Source: Anaerolineaceae bacterium
GTDB taxonomy: Bacteria > Chloroflexota > Anaerolineae > Anaerolineales > UBA11579
NCBI GenBank assembly: GCA_900299355.1
Contig: OMJR01000125.1
Coordinates: 1 to 36,375 of the forward strand
DNA length: 36,375 nucleotides
Direction: 5' to 3'
The notes beneath the pieces are model-generated. The model made no database searches, had not been told where the DNA came from, and saw only the letters and a program-made list of their open reading frames with translations. The translations under genes and the position numbers were made by a program. Below, one piece after another: positions 23,385 to 32,845 of the stretch (the first letter of the stretch is position 1; each line of letters opens with the position of its first letter).

Positions 23385-24158
23385 ATGGATGTGGAACGGG
23401 TCAGCCTGCTGGGCGTGGGTGTGGACGCGGTCGATATGGCCGCCACGCTGGCGCTAATGGCGGATGCTATCAAGAAGCGCCAAGCTGGCTATATCTGTTT
23501 GGCGCCGGCGCACAACCTGCTGGCAGCCCATGACGACCCGCAGGTCAACGCGGCCTTTGCGGATAGCCTGCTTACCGTGCCGGATGGTATGGGCACGGTC
23601 TGGTTTCTGAAGGCGCTGGGCCAACGCGGCGTGGGGCGGGTCTACGGCCCGGAGCTGCTGCAGGCGGCCTGCCTGGCGGGCTTGGATGCCGGTTGGCGGC
23701 ACTTCTTTTTAGGCGGCAGCCCTGAGGTCAGTGAGACCTTGATAAATCGTTTGCGCGGGCAGCATCCAGATCTGCAGGTGGCCGGCAGCGCCACGCCGCC
23801 TTTTGGCGCCTGGGATGCCCACGAAACGCGTACAATCGTGGCAATGATTAATCACAGCCAAGCTGATATTGTGTGGGTGGCCTTGGGTAGCCCGCGACAG
23901 GAACAGTGGATGGCGGCCCAGCGCGCCAACCTGGATGCGCCGCTGCTGGTGGGCGTGGGCGCGGCCTTCGATTTCCTGGCGGGGGCCAAGCCCCAGGCGC
24001 CACGCTGGATGCAGCGCAGCGGCTTGGAATGGCTCTTCCGCTTGCTCAGCGAGCCGCGCCGTTTGTGGCGGCGCTACGCCCAATACCCGCGCTTTGTGTG
24101 GCTGGCGCTGGGCCAAATCCTGGGCTTGAAACGCTATCCGCTCAACGAGAACTCTTAA
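23385..24158 (+). CDS. WecB/TagA/CpsF family glycosyltransferase
   Basis: VPDGMG, RVYGPEL, VALGSPRQE, GVGAAFDF, GLEWLFRL..EPRRLWRRY; start ATG 23385 follows TATAAT by 7 nt. Confidence 0.93.
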   Translation: MDVERVSLLGVGVDAVDMAATLALMADAIKKRQAGYICLAPAHNLLAAHDDPQVNAAFADSLLTVPDGMGTVWFLKALGQRGVGRVYGPELLQAACLAGLDAGWRHFFLGGSPEVSETLINRLRGQHPDLQVAGSATPPFGAWDAHETRTIVAMINHSQADIVWVALGSPRQEQWMAAQRANLDAPLLVGVGAAFDFLAGAKPQAPRWMQRSGLEWLFRLLSEPRRLWRRYAQYPRFVWLALGQILGLKRYPLNENS

Positions 24159-25541
24159 ATGCTGCGACGTTTTTCAGTCAACTTTGCTTTATTTTCCATC
24201 GCGCTGGACGCCCTGCTGGTGGCCGCCGCGCTGCGCCTGGCAGTCCTGTACCGTCCAGCGTTGAATGCCCTATCGTTTGCGCAGACCATTGAGGCTGGCG
24301 GCGCGCTGCTGCCGGATGTGCTTTATATCGTCTTCCCGATATTGTGGGTGGCGGTGCTGCTGCTCTTCGCGGTCTACGATGGACGCCGCAACCTGCGCGT
24401 GGTGGACGAAATGAGCAGCCTGACCCTGGGCTGCCTGCTGGCGGCGATTGCCTCGGCAGGGGCGCTCTATCTCAGCTTCCGGGATGTCTCGCGGCTGCTC
24501 TTTGTGCTATTCGCGCTATTTGCGGTGGTCAGCTTGGGCGGCTGGCGCTTGCTCTACCGACTGGGCCAGCGCTGGCTGGGCTTCCGCGCCGAGCAGCGCC
24601 GCGTACTGGTGGTGGGCGCCGGCGAGATTGGCCGCCAGGTGCAGACCCAGATTCAACAGCACGGCAAGCTGGGCCTGCTCTTTCTGGGCTTCCTGGATGA
24701 CGAGACCAGCGGCGATGAGGTGCTGGGCTATTTGAATGATGCGCGCCAGGTGGTGATGGCGCAAAAGCCCGACGATGTGGTGATTGCCCTGCCGGGTTGG
24801 GCTTACCAGCGTGTGAACACCCTGGCGGCCGAGTTGCATGATTTGCCGGTGCGCACTTGGGTGATTCCCGATTACTTTGCGCTGGCCCTGCACCGTGCCC
24901 AGGTGGACGATTTCGCTGGCCTGCCGCTGCTGGATTTGCGCGCCCCCGCGCTCAGCGACTACCAGCGCCTGACCAAGCGCGCCTTTGATGTCGCGCTGGT
25001 ACTGCTGCTGGCGCCGCTGGCCTTGCCGGCGATGGGCTTGATTTCGGTCGCCATCCTGCTAGCCGACGGCGCTCCGGTGCTGTTGCGCCAAAAGCGGGTG
25101 GGCGAAAATGGCCGGGTGTTTGATATGCTCAAATTTCGCACCATGGTGCCGTATGCTGAACTGTTGCTGCCCGAGGATGACAGCCTGCTGCACAAGCGCC
25201 GCGACGACCCGCGCGTGACGCGGGTGGGCGGTTTTCTGCGCCGCACCAGCCTGGACGAATTGCCGCAGTTCTTCAACATCCTGCGCGGAGAGATGAGCCT
25301 GGTCGGCCCGCGCCCGGAACTGCCCGAGCTGGTGGAACGTTACGAGACCTGGCAGCGCAAGCGCTTTGCGGTGCCGCAGGGGCTGACAGGTTGGTGGCAA
25401 ATCAATGGGCGCAGCGATAAACCGATGCACCTGCACACGGAGGATGACCTGTACTACGTGCAAAATTATTCCCTGGGACTGGACTTGTTGATTTTGTGGC
25501 GCACCTTGTGGACCGTGCTGAGCGGGCGGGGAGCGTATTGA
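24159..25541 (+). CDS. Polyprenyl-phosphate sugar phosphotransferase (WcaJ/WbaP-like priming glycosyltransferase)
   Basis: N-terminal TMs, VVGAG, KRAFDV, KFRTM, DDPRVTRVG, SLDELPQFFN, GEMSLVGPRP, GLTGWWQINGR. Confidence 0.95.
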   Translation: MLRRFSVNFALFSIALDALLVAAALRLAVLYRPALNALSFAQTIEAGGALLPDVLYIVFPILWVAVLLLFAVYDGRRNLRVVDEMSSLTLGCLLAAIASAGALYLSFRDVSRLLFVLFALFAVVSLGGWRLLYRLGQRWLGFRAEQRRVLVVGAGEIGRQVQTQIQQHGKLGLLFLGFLDDETSGDEVLGYLNDARQVVMAQKPDDVVIALPGWAYQRVNTLAAELHDLPVRTWVIPDYFALALHRAQVDDFAGLPLLDLRAPALSDYQRLTKRAFDVALVLLLAPLALPAMGLISVAILLADGAPVLLRQKRVGENGRVFDMLKFRTMVPYAELLLPEDDSLLHKRRDDPRVTRVGGFLRRTSLDELPQFFNILRGEMSLVGPRPELPELVERYETWQRKRFAVPQGLTGWWQINGRSDKPMHLHTEDDLYYVQNYSLGLDLLILWRTLWTVLSGRGAY

Positions 25542-27967
25542 TGCGGCAGACCGATTGGAAATACCTGGGACGCGAGGCGCTGCTGATTGTGCTGCTGGGC
25601 TACCTGGTGGTGGCGGGCGGTACGCTGAGTGGGATGATTGCCTACCCGTTGCGCCTGATAAACGCCGTGCTGGCCGGGCTGCTATTTGGCGGCTGGTTGC
25701 TGTGGAAGCTGCTGCGCCGCGAGAAGTTACTGGTCACCGGCCTGGAACGGGCCTGGCTGTTCTTCCTGGGCAGCCAACTGCTGGCCACGGTCTTCTCGGA
25801 CGACCCGCGCCGCAGCTTGCCCTGGCTGGCCTTGTGGCTGAGCTATGCGCTGCTGTTCTATTTGATGTACGAGCTGCTGCGCAAGGGCTGGCCAGCTGAA
25901 TTGGTTGAGAAGACCTTGTTGATTGCCGGCGCGATTGTGATTGGCCTGGGGCTGTACCAGGTGGGTACTTTGTATCTGGATTGGCGCGCGGCGGTGGATG
26001 AACTGGCGATTGCCCCGGGCTTCAGCTTCCGTATTTCGGGCCTGCTAGGCGACCCCAACCTGCTGGCCGCTTTCACTAATCTGCTGCTGCCGCTGGCCTT
26101 GGCCCGCGCTCTGGCCAGCCGCAAAGGTGCCGGTCAGGTACTGCTGGGGCTGTTGTGGCTGGCGGGTCTGGCGGTGGTCTATTTCACCGATTCGCGGGGC
26201 GGCCTGTTGGGCCTGGCCATGGGCCTGTTCATCGTCAGCCTGGGTTGGATGCGGATTCTGTCAGACAGGGCGCGCCAGGTATCGAGCCAGGTGTGGGCCT
26301 GGCTGCGCGCCCGGCGCTGGCTGTTCTACGGCCTGTTGCTGGCGCTGCTGGTGTTGGGCGCTTACGCGGCTTTGTTGGCCCTGGGCGGGGGAGGGGATAC
26401 CACCCATGCGCCGGTGGCCAGTGCGCGCGATATTTACTGGCAGGCCGCGGCGGCCGCCTTCCTGGCCAAACCGGTTAGCGGCACCGGGCCGGGAATCTAT
26501 CCCAGCTACCTGATGCAAATCTGGAGCACGCCGCCCGCGCGACCCTACCTGCACGCCCACAGCACGCCCTTTAACATCGGTGCGGAGAGCGGCCTGCTGG
26601 GCTTCTTTGCGTTTTTTGGCTTGCTGATTGCGATTTGGCGGCGGGCCGCCGGCGGCTGGCGCGAGCAGGATGCCGCGGGCCAAGCGCGTTGGGTCGGCAT
26701 CGCCGCCAGCCTGGCAGGTTTCAGTGTGCACTCGTTGGTGGATGATTTCCTGCCCTTTGGCGCCGCGGGTGGCGTGTTGATGATATTGTTGGCCTTATGG
26801 CTGGCGCCGATTCCACGCGAGGAGCAAGCGGAAGCCGCCGAAGGACTTAATCCGCTCTGGCTGCTGGTGCCGGCCTTGTTGACCGCCGTGCTGGCCATCA
26901 ATCCACTGCGAGCGCAGGGCGTGGCGGAAGAGGCTGCCCGGTTTGGTAATGGCGGTGATTGGGTTGCGGCGGCGGAGGGCATGCAGGCCGCGGCCGAGCG
27001 CGACCCGGGCTATGCGGTCTATTGGCAGCAGGCGGCCTACGCCTATGGGCGTGCCGCGGCGGACAACCCAATTTATCACGACCTGGCTTTGCAGAGTTAT
27101 GTGCGCGCCACGCAACTGGAGCCGGTCTACAGCCTGCCCTGGGCCAATTGGGCGGCGCTATCGGCTGCCAATGATTTGTTTGACAGGGCAGCTGAGGGGA
27201 TGCAGGCGGCGGCTGACCGCGCGCCGGAAGCCGGGCTCTATTGGCTGAATCTGGGTAGTTATCAAGAAAACCTTGGCAATGTGAAGGCGGCCAGTGAAGC
27301 CTACATGCAGGCTCTAAGCCTGGAGCCGGATTGGAGCGCCAGCGCCTTCTGGACCCGCAGCGCCTTGCGCCAGGAAACCCTGGCCGCTTTTGAGCCACCG
27401 CCGCCCGACCCGGGCCGGCCGGTGGAAGAGGGCCGCATCCTGGCTGGTGAAGCGCGCGCTGCGATTGCCAATGGCGACCTGGAGCAGGGCCGCAGCTTGC
27501 TGGAGCAGGTCTACGCCATCAACAGCCAGGATGCGGAGCTTTATTTGGGCCTGGCTGAAATTGCTATGGCTGAAGATGAACTTGAATTAACGGAACGTAA
27601 TATCCAGGTTGGATTGCTGGTGCAGGCCACCAGCAACCAGCACAAGGCCGAGATGCTGCTGCTCTGGGCGGAAATCGCAGCTCAACAGGGCGACGATGAG
27701 GCGACCCTGGAACGCTACCAGGGCGCTTTTGAAGCGATTACGACTGAGAATTTATATGGCGGGGGCAGCCGCGGTTGGGTGCCCTACAATCTGTTCGTGT
27801 TCCAGCGCCAGGGCTTGGCGGAGGATTTGCTGCCGCAATTGGAGCGGGCCGATATCCCGGCCAGCGTGGCCCTACGGCTATTGGTGTTGGCGGATTTGTA
27901 CGAGGAGATGGGCCAGCCAGACCAGGCTGAAGTAGTGCGCGCGGTACTGGGGCCTTATTTGCCCTAG
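25541..27967 (+). CDS. O-antigen ligase-like (Wzy_C) membrane protein with C-terminal TPR repeats
   Basis: GDPNLLA, TDSRGGLLG, GTGPG, HAHS..AESGLLG; Ala-rich TPR-like C-terminus; ATG overlaps the upstream TGA. Confidence 0.87.
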   Translation: MRQTDWKYLGREALLIVLLGYLVVAGGTLSGMIAYPLRLINAVLAGLLFGGWLLWKLLRREKLLVTGLERAWLFFLGSQLLATVFSDDPRRSLPWLALWLSYALLFYLMYELLRKGWPAELVEKTLLIAGAIVIGLGLYQVGTLYLDWRAAVDELAIAPGFSFRISGLLGDPNLLAAFTNLLLPLALARALASRKGAGQVLLGLLWLAGLAVVYFTDSRGGLLGLAMGLFIVSLGWMRILSDRARQVSSQVWAWLRARRWLFYGLLLALLVLGAYAALLALGGGGDTTHAPVASARDIYWQAAAAAFLAKPVSGTGPGIYPSYLMQIWSTPPARPYLHAHSTPFNIGAESGLLGFFAFFGLLIAIWRRAAGGWREQDAAGQARWVGIAASLAGFSVHSLVDDFLPFGAAGGVLMILLALWLAPIPREEQAEAAEGLNPLWLLVPALLTAVLAINPLRAQGVAEEAARFGNGGDWVAAAEGMQAAAERDPGYAVYWQQAAYAYGRAAADNPIYHDLALQSYVRATQLEPVYSLPWANWAALSAANDLFDRAAEGMQAAADRAPEAGLYWLNLGSYQENLGNVKAASEAYMQALSLEPDWSASAFWTRSALRQETLAAFEPPPPDPGRPVEEGRILAGEARAAIANGDLEQGRSLLEQVYAINSQDAELYLGLAEIAMAEDELELTERNIQVGLLVQATSNQHKAEMLLLWAEIAAQQGDDEATLERYQGAFEAITTENLYGGGSRGWVPYNLFVFQRQGLAEDLLPQLERADIPASVALRLLVLADLYEEMGQPDQAEVVRAVLGPYLP

Positions 27968-28476
27968 TCCTCGCCGAACAGGTCGAAGCGCCAATCGTTG
28001 CACACAATCGGGTTCCCGGGCGGGTACTCGTACTCAAAATTGCCTAACAATTCGAAGCCAGCCTTGCGGCTGATGGCGATTGACCCGGCGTTATCAATGC
28101 GGGGGTAGGCGTGCATCCAGCGATGCTTTTTCTCTTTGCGGGCCTCTTCAATCACCAGCAGAGTGGCGGCGGTCGCCACCCCTTGGCCCTGAAATTCGGG
28201 CACCACGCTGTAGCCGGTTTCCCAGGCCAATCCATCGCGGGCATCATGTTCCCAATAGCCAATCGTGCCAGCCGGCTCGCCATTCACAGTGATGACGAAC
28301 ATCCGGCCTTTACCGATATCGCCGATCTCGGCGTACTTCTGGTTGCGGGATACCAATTTTTCCTCGGGTTCGGGGCCGCCGAGGAACTGGGTCATGGCTG
28401 GGTCGCCCATGGTGCGCTTCAGCATGCCCAAATCGTCGGCGGTCCAGGGGCGGATATCAATCACTGGTTTCTTCAT
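27964..28476 (-). CDS. GNAT acetyltransferase, RimJ/RimL-like
   Basis: ETGYSVVPEFQGQGVAT, NAGSIAISRKAGF. Confidence 0.9.
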   Translation of the reverse strand: MKKPVIDIRPWTADDLGMLKRTMGDPAMTQFLGGPEPEEKLVSRNQKYAEIGDIGKGRMFVITVNGEPAGTIGYWEHDARDGLAWETGYSVVPEFQGQGVATAATLLVIEEARKEKKHRWMHAYPRIDNAGSIAISRKAGFELLGNFEYEYPPGNPIVCNDWRFDLFGED

Positions 28477-30038
28477 CGTACCTCGCGTAGTAGTTGTCCA
28501 GCGGCATTGTAGCCCGGCAGCCCGCTGACCCCGCCGCCGGGATGCGCGCCATCCCCGCCCAGGTAGAGGCCATCGATGGGGGCGCGGTAACCGGCGAAGC
28601 CCGCGATGGGCCGCATGGTCAGCAGTTGGTCCAGGCCCATTTGCCCGTGGGTGAAAGACCCTTCGGGCAGGCCGTAATCGCGCTCATAATCCAGCGGGGT
28701 AATCACTTTGCGGTGCAATACCAGTTGGCCGAGGCCGGGCGCATAGCGCTCCAATGTCTTCACGACTAAGTCGCCCAGCGTTTCGCGTTTCTGGTCCCAA
28801 TCACCATCTCGCAATTGATAGGGGGCGTAGCGCACGGTGACACTCATCGCGTGCTGACCCGTCGGGGCCAGGCTGCTATCCAGCAGGCTGGGGATGCGCG
28901 CAATCAGAATCGGTTCCGCTGACAGTTGGCCGTACTTGGCGGCGTCGTAGGCGCGCTCGGCGTAATCCGGGCTGGGGCAGAGCACGATATCGCCGCTGAG
29001 CTGTTCCTCGCGCGCCTCGAAGGCGGGCAGGCCGCTGAGTGCCAAATGTACCGTGGCGGTGCTGCCTTGATATTTAATGTTGCGCAGGCGGCGCACATCG
29101 CGCGGTTGCAACTGCGGCCCGCCGGCCCAATCCAGCAGGGTCTGTTCTGGGCTGGTGGTCGAGAGGATAGCCCTGGCGGCAATGCGCTCGCCACCGGCCA
29201 GCTCGACGCCGGCCACTCGGTAGTTTTCAATCAGGATGCGCTGGACCTGCGCGCCGGTGCGGATGTCACCGCCAGCACCTTTGGCGGCCGAAGCCAGCGC
29301 GCGGTTGAGCGCCGCCAGGCCGCCCTTGACGCGCTGGGCCGAGCGATAGCCGCCGCTGTCGCCAGCTAGTTGCCCATAGACCAGCTTGAAGCTGGTGCCC
29401 GCCGCGCGCGGCCCCTGCATCAATTCGCTGACGCTGGCTGCGGCCAGCACACCTTTGAGCGCCTCGCTTTGGAAATGGCGCTCCAGATAGTGCTGGGCGC
29501 TCATCGGCAGCACGCGCAGAAAATCCATCAAACCGCGGGGACCCAGGCGGCGGGCGGCCAGGGCCACGCCGGCCCAGCGGGCCAATAGGCGCAGCGGGCG
29601 ATGGGCCAACCCGGGTGGCTCGAGGCGGGCCATGCGTTGCAAGATGGCAGCATACTGGGCCGCCTCTTGCGCATAGCCAACGAAGGCCTGCGCGTCGGGA
29701 ATCGAATGCTCGTGTAACTCGCTGGCGGTGCGGAGTACATCGCGCCAGAGGGTGATGCCGCTATCCAGTGCGTAAGCCGCCACCGGTATGTCGCTAAAGT
29801 CCAATCCGTGGCTGGCCAGGTCGAGCTTGTTCACCAGGGCGGCATCCAGCAGGCCGGCATCCGGCCAGCCGGTATTGAAATGAAATCCGGGAAAGAGTTC
29901 CTCGCTGGTGGTGGCCCCGCCGAGGGCGTCGCGGCGCTCAAGTACCAGCACCCGGCGTCCAGCCCGTGCCAGGCGGGCTGAGGCGGCTAGGCCGTTGGGG
30001 TCGCCGCCCAGCACGATGATGTCGTAGGCGCCGCTCAC
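28473..30038 (-). CDS. Phytoene-dehydrogenase-like (CrtI/PYROXD2-like) FAD oxidoreductase, subunit B
   Basis: GTG start overlapping the upstream TGA; YDIIVLGGDPNG, LERRDALGGA, YRAPIDGLYLGG..HPGGGVSGLPG. Confidence 0.87.
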   Translation of the reverse strand: MSGAYDIIVLGGDPNGLAASARLARAGRRVLVLERRDALGGATTSEELFPGFHFNTGWPDAGLLDAALVNKLDLASHGLDFSDIPVAAYALDSGITLWRDVLRTASELHEHSIPDAQAFVGYAQEAAQYAAILQRMARLEPPGLAHRPLRLLARWAGVALAARRLGPRGLMDFLRVLPMSAQHYLERHFQSEALKGVLAAASVSELMQGPRAAGTSFKLVYGQLAGDSGGYRSAQRVKGGLAALNRALASAAKGAGGDIRTGAQVQRILIENYRVAGVELAGGERIAARAILSTTSPEQTLLDWAGGPQLQPRDVRRLRNIKYQGSTATVHLALSGLPAFEAREEQLSGDIVLCPSPDYAERAYDAAKYGQLSAEPILIARIPSLLDSSLAPTGQHAMSVTVRYAPYQLRDGDWDQKRETLGDLVVKTLERYAPGLGQLVLHRKVITPLDYERDYGLPEGSFTHGQMGLDQLLTMRPIAGFAGYRAPIDGLYLGGDGAHPGGGVSGLPGYNAAGQLLREVR

Positions 30039-31621
30039 CGCTTGCCGTCCTTGAGAATCTGCAGGGCGGCCAGACGTCCGGGCGCACCGGTGATACCGCC
30101 GCCGGGATGTACGGCCGAGCCGCACTGGTAATAGCCCTCAATCGGTGTGCGGTATTGGGTCCAGCCGGGCGCAGGGCGCAGGAAAAATAGCTGGGACAAG
30201 CTCAGTTCGCCCTGGAAGATATTGCCGCCGCTCAGGCCGATGCTACGCTCAATGTCCCAGGGGCTGAGCACCTGGCGATGCAGGATGCGCTCCTTGATGC
30301 TTGGGAAGTACTCGGCCAGGGTGTTGACCACTGCGTCGCCGAAGGCCTCGCGCTGGCCGTCCCAATCACCAGTGGCTAACTGGTAGGGTGCGTACTGCAC
30401 AAAGCAGGACATGACGTGCTGGCCGGGTGGCGCCATGGAGGGGTCAATCATCGAGGGGAAAATAATATCGATGTAAGGTTTTTCTGAGAACTGCCCATAC
30501 TTGGCCTGGTCGTAGGCGCGCTCAATGTAATCTACGCTGGGGCTAATTGAAATCGCGCCGCGCATGTGCGCTCCGCCGCCGGGCAGGGCAGCCAACTCGG
30601 GCAGCGAATCCAGCGCCAGATTGACCTTGCCCGACGAACCATACGTGTCGAAACCCAGAATGTCCTCGACCAGTTCACGCGGCAGCTCGTCCGGGTCGGC
30701 CAGCTTGAGGAAAGTCAGTTTGGGGTCCAGGCTGGAGACGACCACATCGGCACGGTACTCGTCCCCGTTTTCCAGCACTATGCCAGTGGCGCGGCCGTTG
30801 TTGGTGAGCAGCTTGGCCACCCGCGCCTCGGTGCGGATTTCGGCCCCGAAGGCGCGCGCGCTGTTGGCGATGCTCTCCGAGATGGCGCCGGTGCCGCCGC
30901 GGGCGAAGCCCCAGGCGCGAAAGACGCCGTCGATTTCGCCCATGTAATGGTGCAGCAGCACATAGGCCGAGCCCGGCGAGCGCGGCCCCAGGAAGGTGCC
31001 GATAATGCCGCTGGCGGAGAGGGTGGCCACAAGCGGGTCGGTCTCGAACCACTCCTCCAGGAAGTCGGCGGAACTCATCGTCATCAGCTTGACCAGCGTG
31101 TACAGATGCTCTTCGCCGATGCTGAGGAAGTGGCGGCCCAGCTTGAGCAATTGGAGCAGTTCGCGCGGATGCAGCGAAGTGGGATCGGGCGGGCGGATGC
31201 CGAGAATGTACTTGACCGCCTTAGCCATGTGGTACATAGCATGCCCGTATTCGCGGTAGGCTTCGGCGTCACGGGTGGAGAAGCGGCTGAGGTTACGGAA
31301 GGTTTCGTGCGGGTCGGCGCCGCGGTAGATGTAATCGCCATCCGGCAGGGGCGTGATGGTGCTCTCCAGCGGCAGGATGGTCAGACCATGTTTGACCAGC
31401 TTTAGGTCGCGGATGATTTCTGGCCGCAGCAGGCTGACCACGTAAGAGAAGACGCTGAACTTGAAGCCGGGAAAGACTTCCTCGGTGACTGCCGCGCCGC
31501 CCAGCACATGACGCTGCTCCAGTACCAGCACCTTCCAGCCCGCGCGCGCCAGGTAGGCGGCGTTGACGAGGCCGTTGTGGCCGCCTCCGACAATGATTGC
31601 ATCGTAATTGTTAGCCACCAA
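30035..31621 (-). CDS. Phytoene-dehydrogenase-like (CrtI/PYROXD2-like) FAD oxidoreductase, subunit A
   Basis: YDAIIVGGGHNGLV, LGGAAVTEEVFPGFKFS, YVLLHHYMGE, HPGGGITGAPG; start TTG 31621 or GTG 31618. Confidence 0.92.
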   Translation of the reverse strand: MVANNYDAIIVGGGHNGLVNAAYLARAGWKVLVLEQRHVLGGAAVTEEVFPGFKFSVFSYVVSLLRPEIIRDLKLVKHGLTILPLESTITPLPDGDYIYRGADPHETFRNLSRFSTRDAEAYREYGHAMYHMAKAVKYILGIRPPDPTSLHPRELLQLLKLGRHFLSIGEEHLYTLVKLMTMSSADFLEEWFETDPLVATLSASGIIGTFLGPRSPGSAYVLLHHYMGEIDGVFRAWGFARGGTGAISESIANSARAFGAEIRTEARVAKLLTNNGRATGIVLENGDEYRADVVVSSLDPKLTFLKLADPDELPRELVEDILGFDTYGSSGKVNLALDSLPELAALPGGGAHMRGAISISPSVDYIERAYDQAKYGQFSEKPYIDIIFPSMIDPSMAPPGQHVMSCFVQYAPYQLATGDWDGQREAFGDAVVNTLAEYFPSIKERILHRQVLSPWDIERSIGLSGGNIFQGELSLSQLFFLRPAPGWTQYRTPIEGYYQCGSAVHPGGGITGAPGRLAALQILKDGKR

Positions 31622-32813
31622 CCACCGCCTTCTTCCAGGGTGGATTGTAGAAGGGCAGCTTGCTCACTGTAGCGTTGGCCCGCTGGCGCTTGTATTCGAC
31701 GGTGATCTCAATCTCGAGCGTTTGGCCGCGGCGGGCATAGCGGCTGTCTACCGTGGCGAGTGCAATGTACTCTTTCAAGATGGGGGAGAAGAGCATGCTG
31801 GTGGCCTGGCCGACATGGCGGCGGCCGACATATAGCGGCAACGCGCTGCGCGAGGCGCGCCCGGCCACCTGGGGCGGCAGGTCCATCGCCCCAAACAATC
31901 TTTCCAGGTCGGCCCAGGGCACGCGCAGGCCCACAAAGGAGCGCGGGGCACCGCGCTCCTTTTCGCCCAGCAGGGCGCGCTTGCCCACGAAATCGGCGCC
32001 CTCCAGGTCCACGGCCCAGCCCAGGCCCAATTCGTAGGGCGAGGAGGTCTGGCTTTCAATGTGCGCGCTGCGTACAGAGCTGTAGTCCACATCGATCAAT
32101 AACAGTCCGGCCTCCACGCGCAGCATATCCAACGCAGCCAGGCCCACCGGCTGCAAGCCGTAGCCCGCCCCGGCCTCCATCAAGCGATCCCAGACCATCT
32201 CGGCATGCTCGGCGGCGATCCACAACTCGTAACCCAGGTCGCCGGTGTAGCCGGTGCGCGTCACGGTCAGGGGGATCTCGCCAAGCTTAGCCTCCGCCGC
32301 ATGGTAATAGGGCAGGCGGTCTAAATCGATTTCCTTGAGACAGGCTTGCAGAACGGCGCGGCTGCTGGGGCCCTGGATTGCCAGCGCCGCCAGCTCGCGG
32401 CTCACATCGCGCACCTCGGTGTCCAGGCCGAAGCCGCTATCCTGGAACCAGCGCAGGCTGGGGTCGGCGGCGGTGATGCGGAAGCGCTGCGCTTCAAGCC
32501 GAGTCACGGTGCCATCATCGATTACCTTGCCGTTCTCATCGCACCAGGGCGTGTACAGCACCTGGCCCACGGCGCACTGGCTGACATCGCGGGTGATGAT
32601 GCGATCCACCAGGCGGCTGGCGTCCGGGCCGCTGATCTCGTACTTGTACAGCGGCGAAACATCGATCAGGCCGGCCGCGTTGCGCACAGCGTAATATTCA
32701 AATTCATGGCTGGGCTGGTAGCTTATCGCCGACAGATAGCCGGACCAATCGCGCCATTCCTGGGTTTGGCAGAGAGCCGCCGCGCGGCTATGAAAAGCGG
32801 TGGGAATGGGCAT
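31611..32813 (-). CDS. GcvT-like aminomethyltransferase (folate-binding)
   Basis: EYYAVRNAAGLIDVS, GKVIDDGTV, AIQGP, TRTGYTGDLGYELW, LRVEAG, PFYNP. Confidence 0.92.
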   Translation of the reverse strand: MPIPTAFHSRAAALCQTQEWRDWSGYLSAISYQPSHEFEYYAVRNAAGLIDVSPLYKYEISGPDASRLVDRIITRDVSQCAVGQVLYTPWCDENGKVIDDGTVTRLEAQRFRITAADPSLRWFQDSGFGLDTEVRDVSRELAALAIQGPSSRAVLQACLKEIDLDRLPYYHAAEAKLGEIPLTVTRTGYTGDLGYELWIAAEHAEMVWDRLMEAGAGYGLQPVGLAALDMLRVEAGLLLIDVDYSSVRSAHIESQTSSPYELGLGWAVDLEGADFVGKRALLGEKERGAPRSFVGLRVPWADLERLFGAMDLPPQVAGRASRSALPLYVGRRHVGQATSMLFSPILKEYIALATVDSRYARRGQTLEIEITVEYKRQRANATVSKLPFYNPPWKKAVVGG

Positions 32814-32845
32814 GGCTGCCCGATTATACAGGTGAAGTAAACAGT

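Noticed and set aside
28473-31621. Calling the two flavoproteins crtI phytoene desaturases
   Set aside because: No crtB/crtE context; coupling to a GcvT-like gene points to another function.
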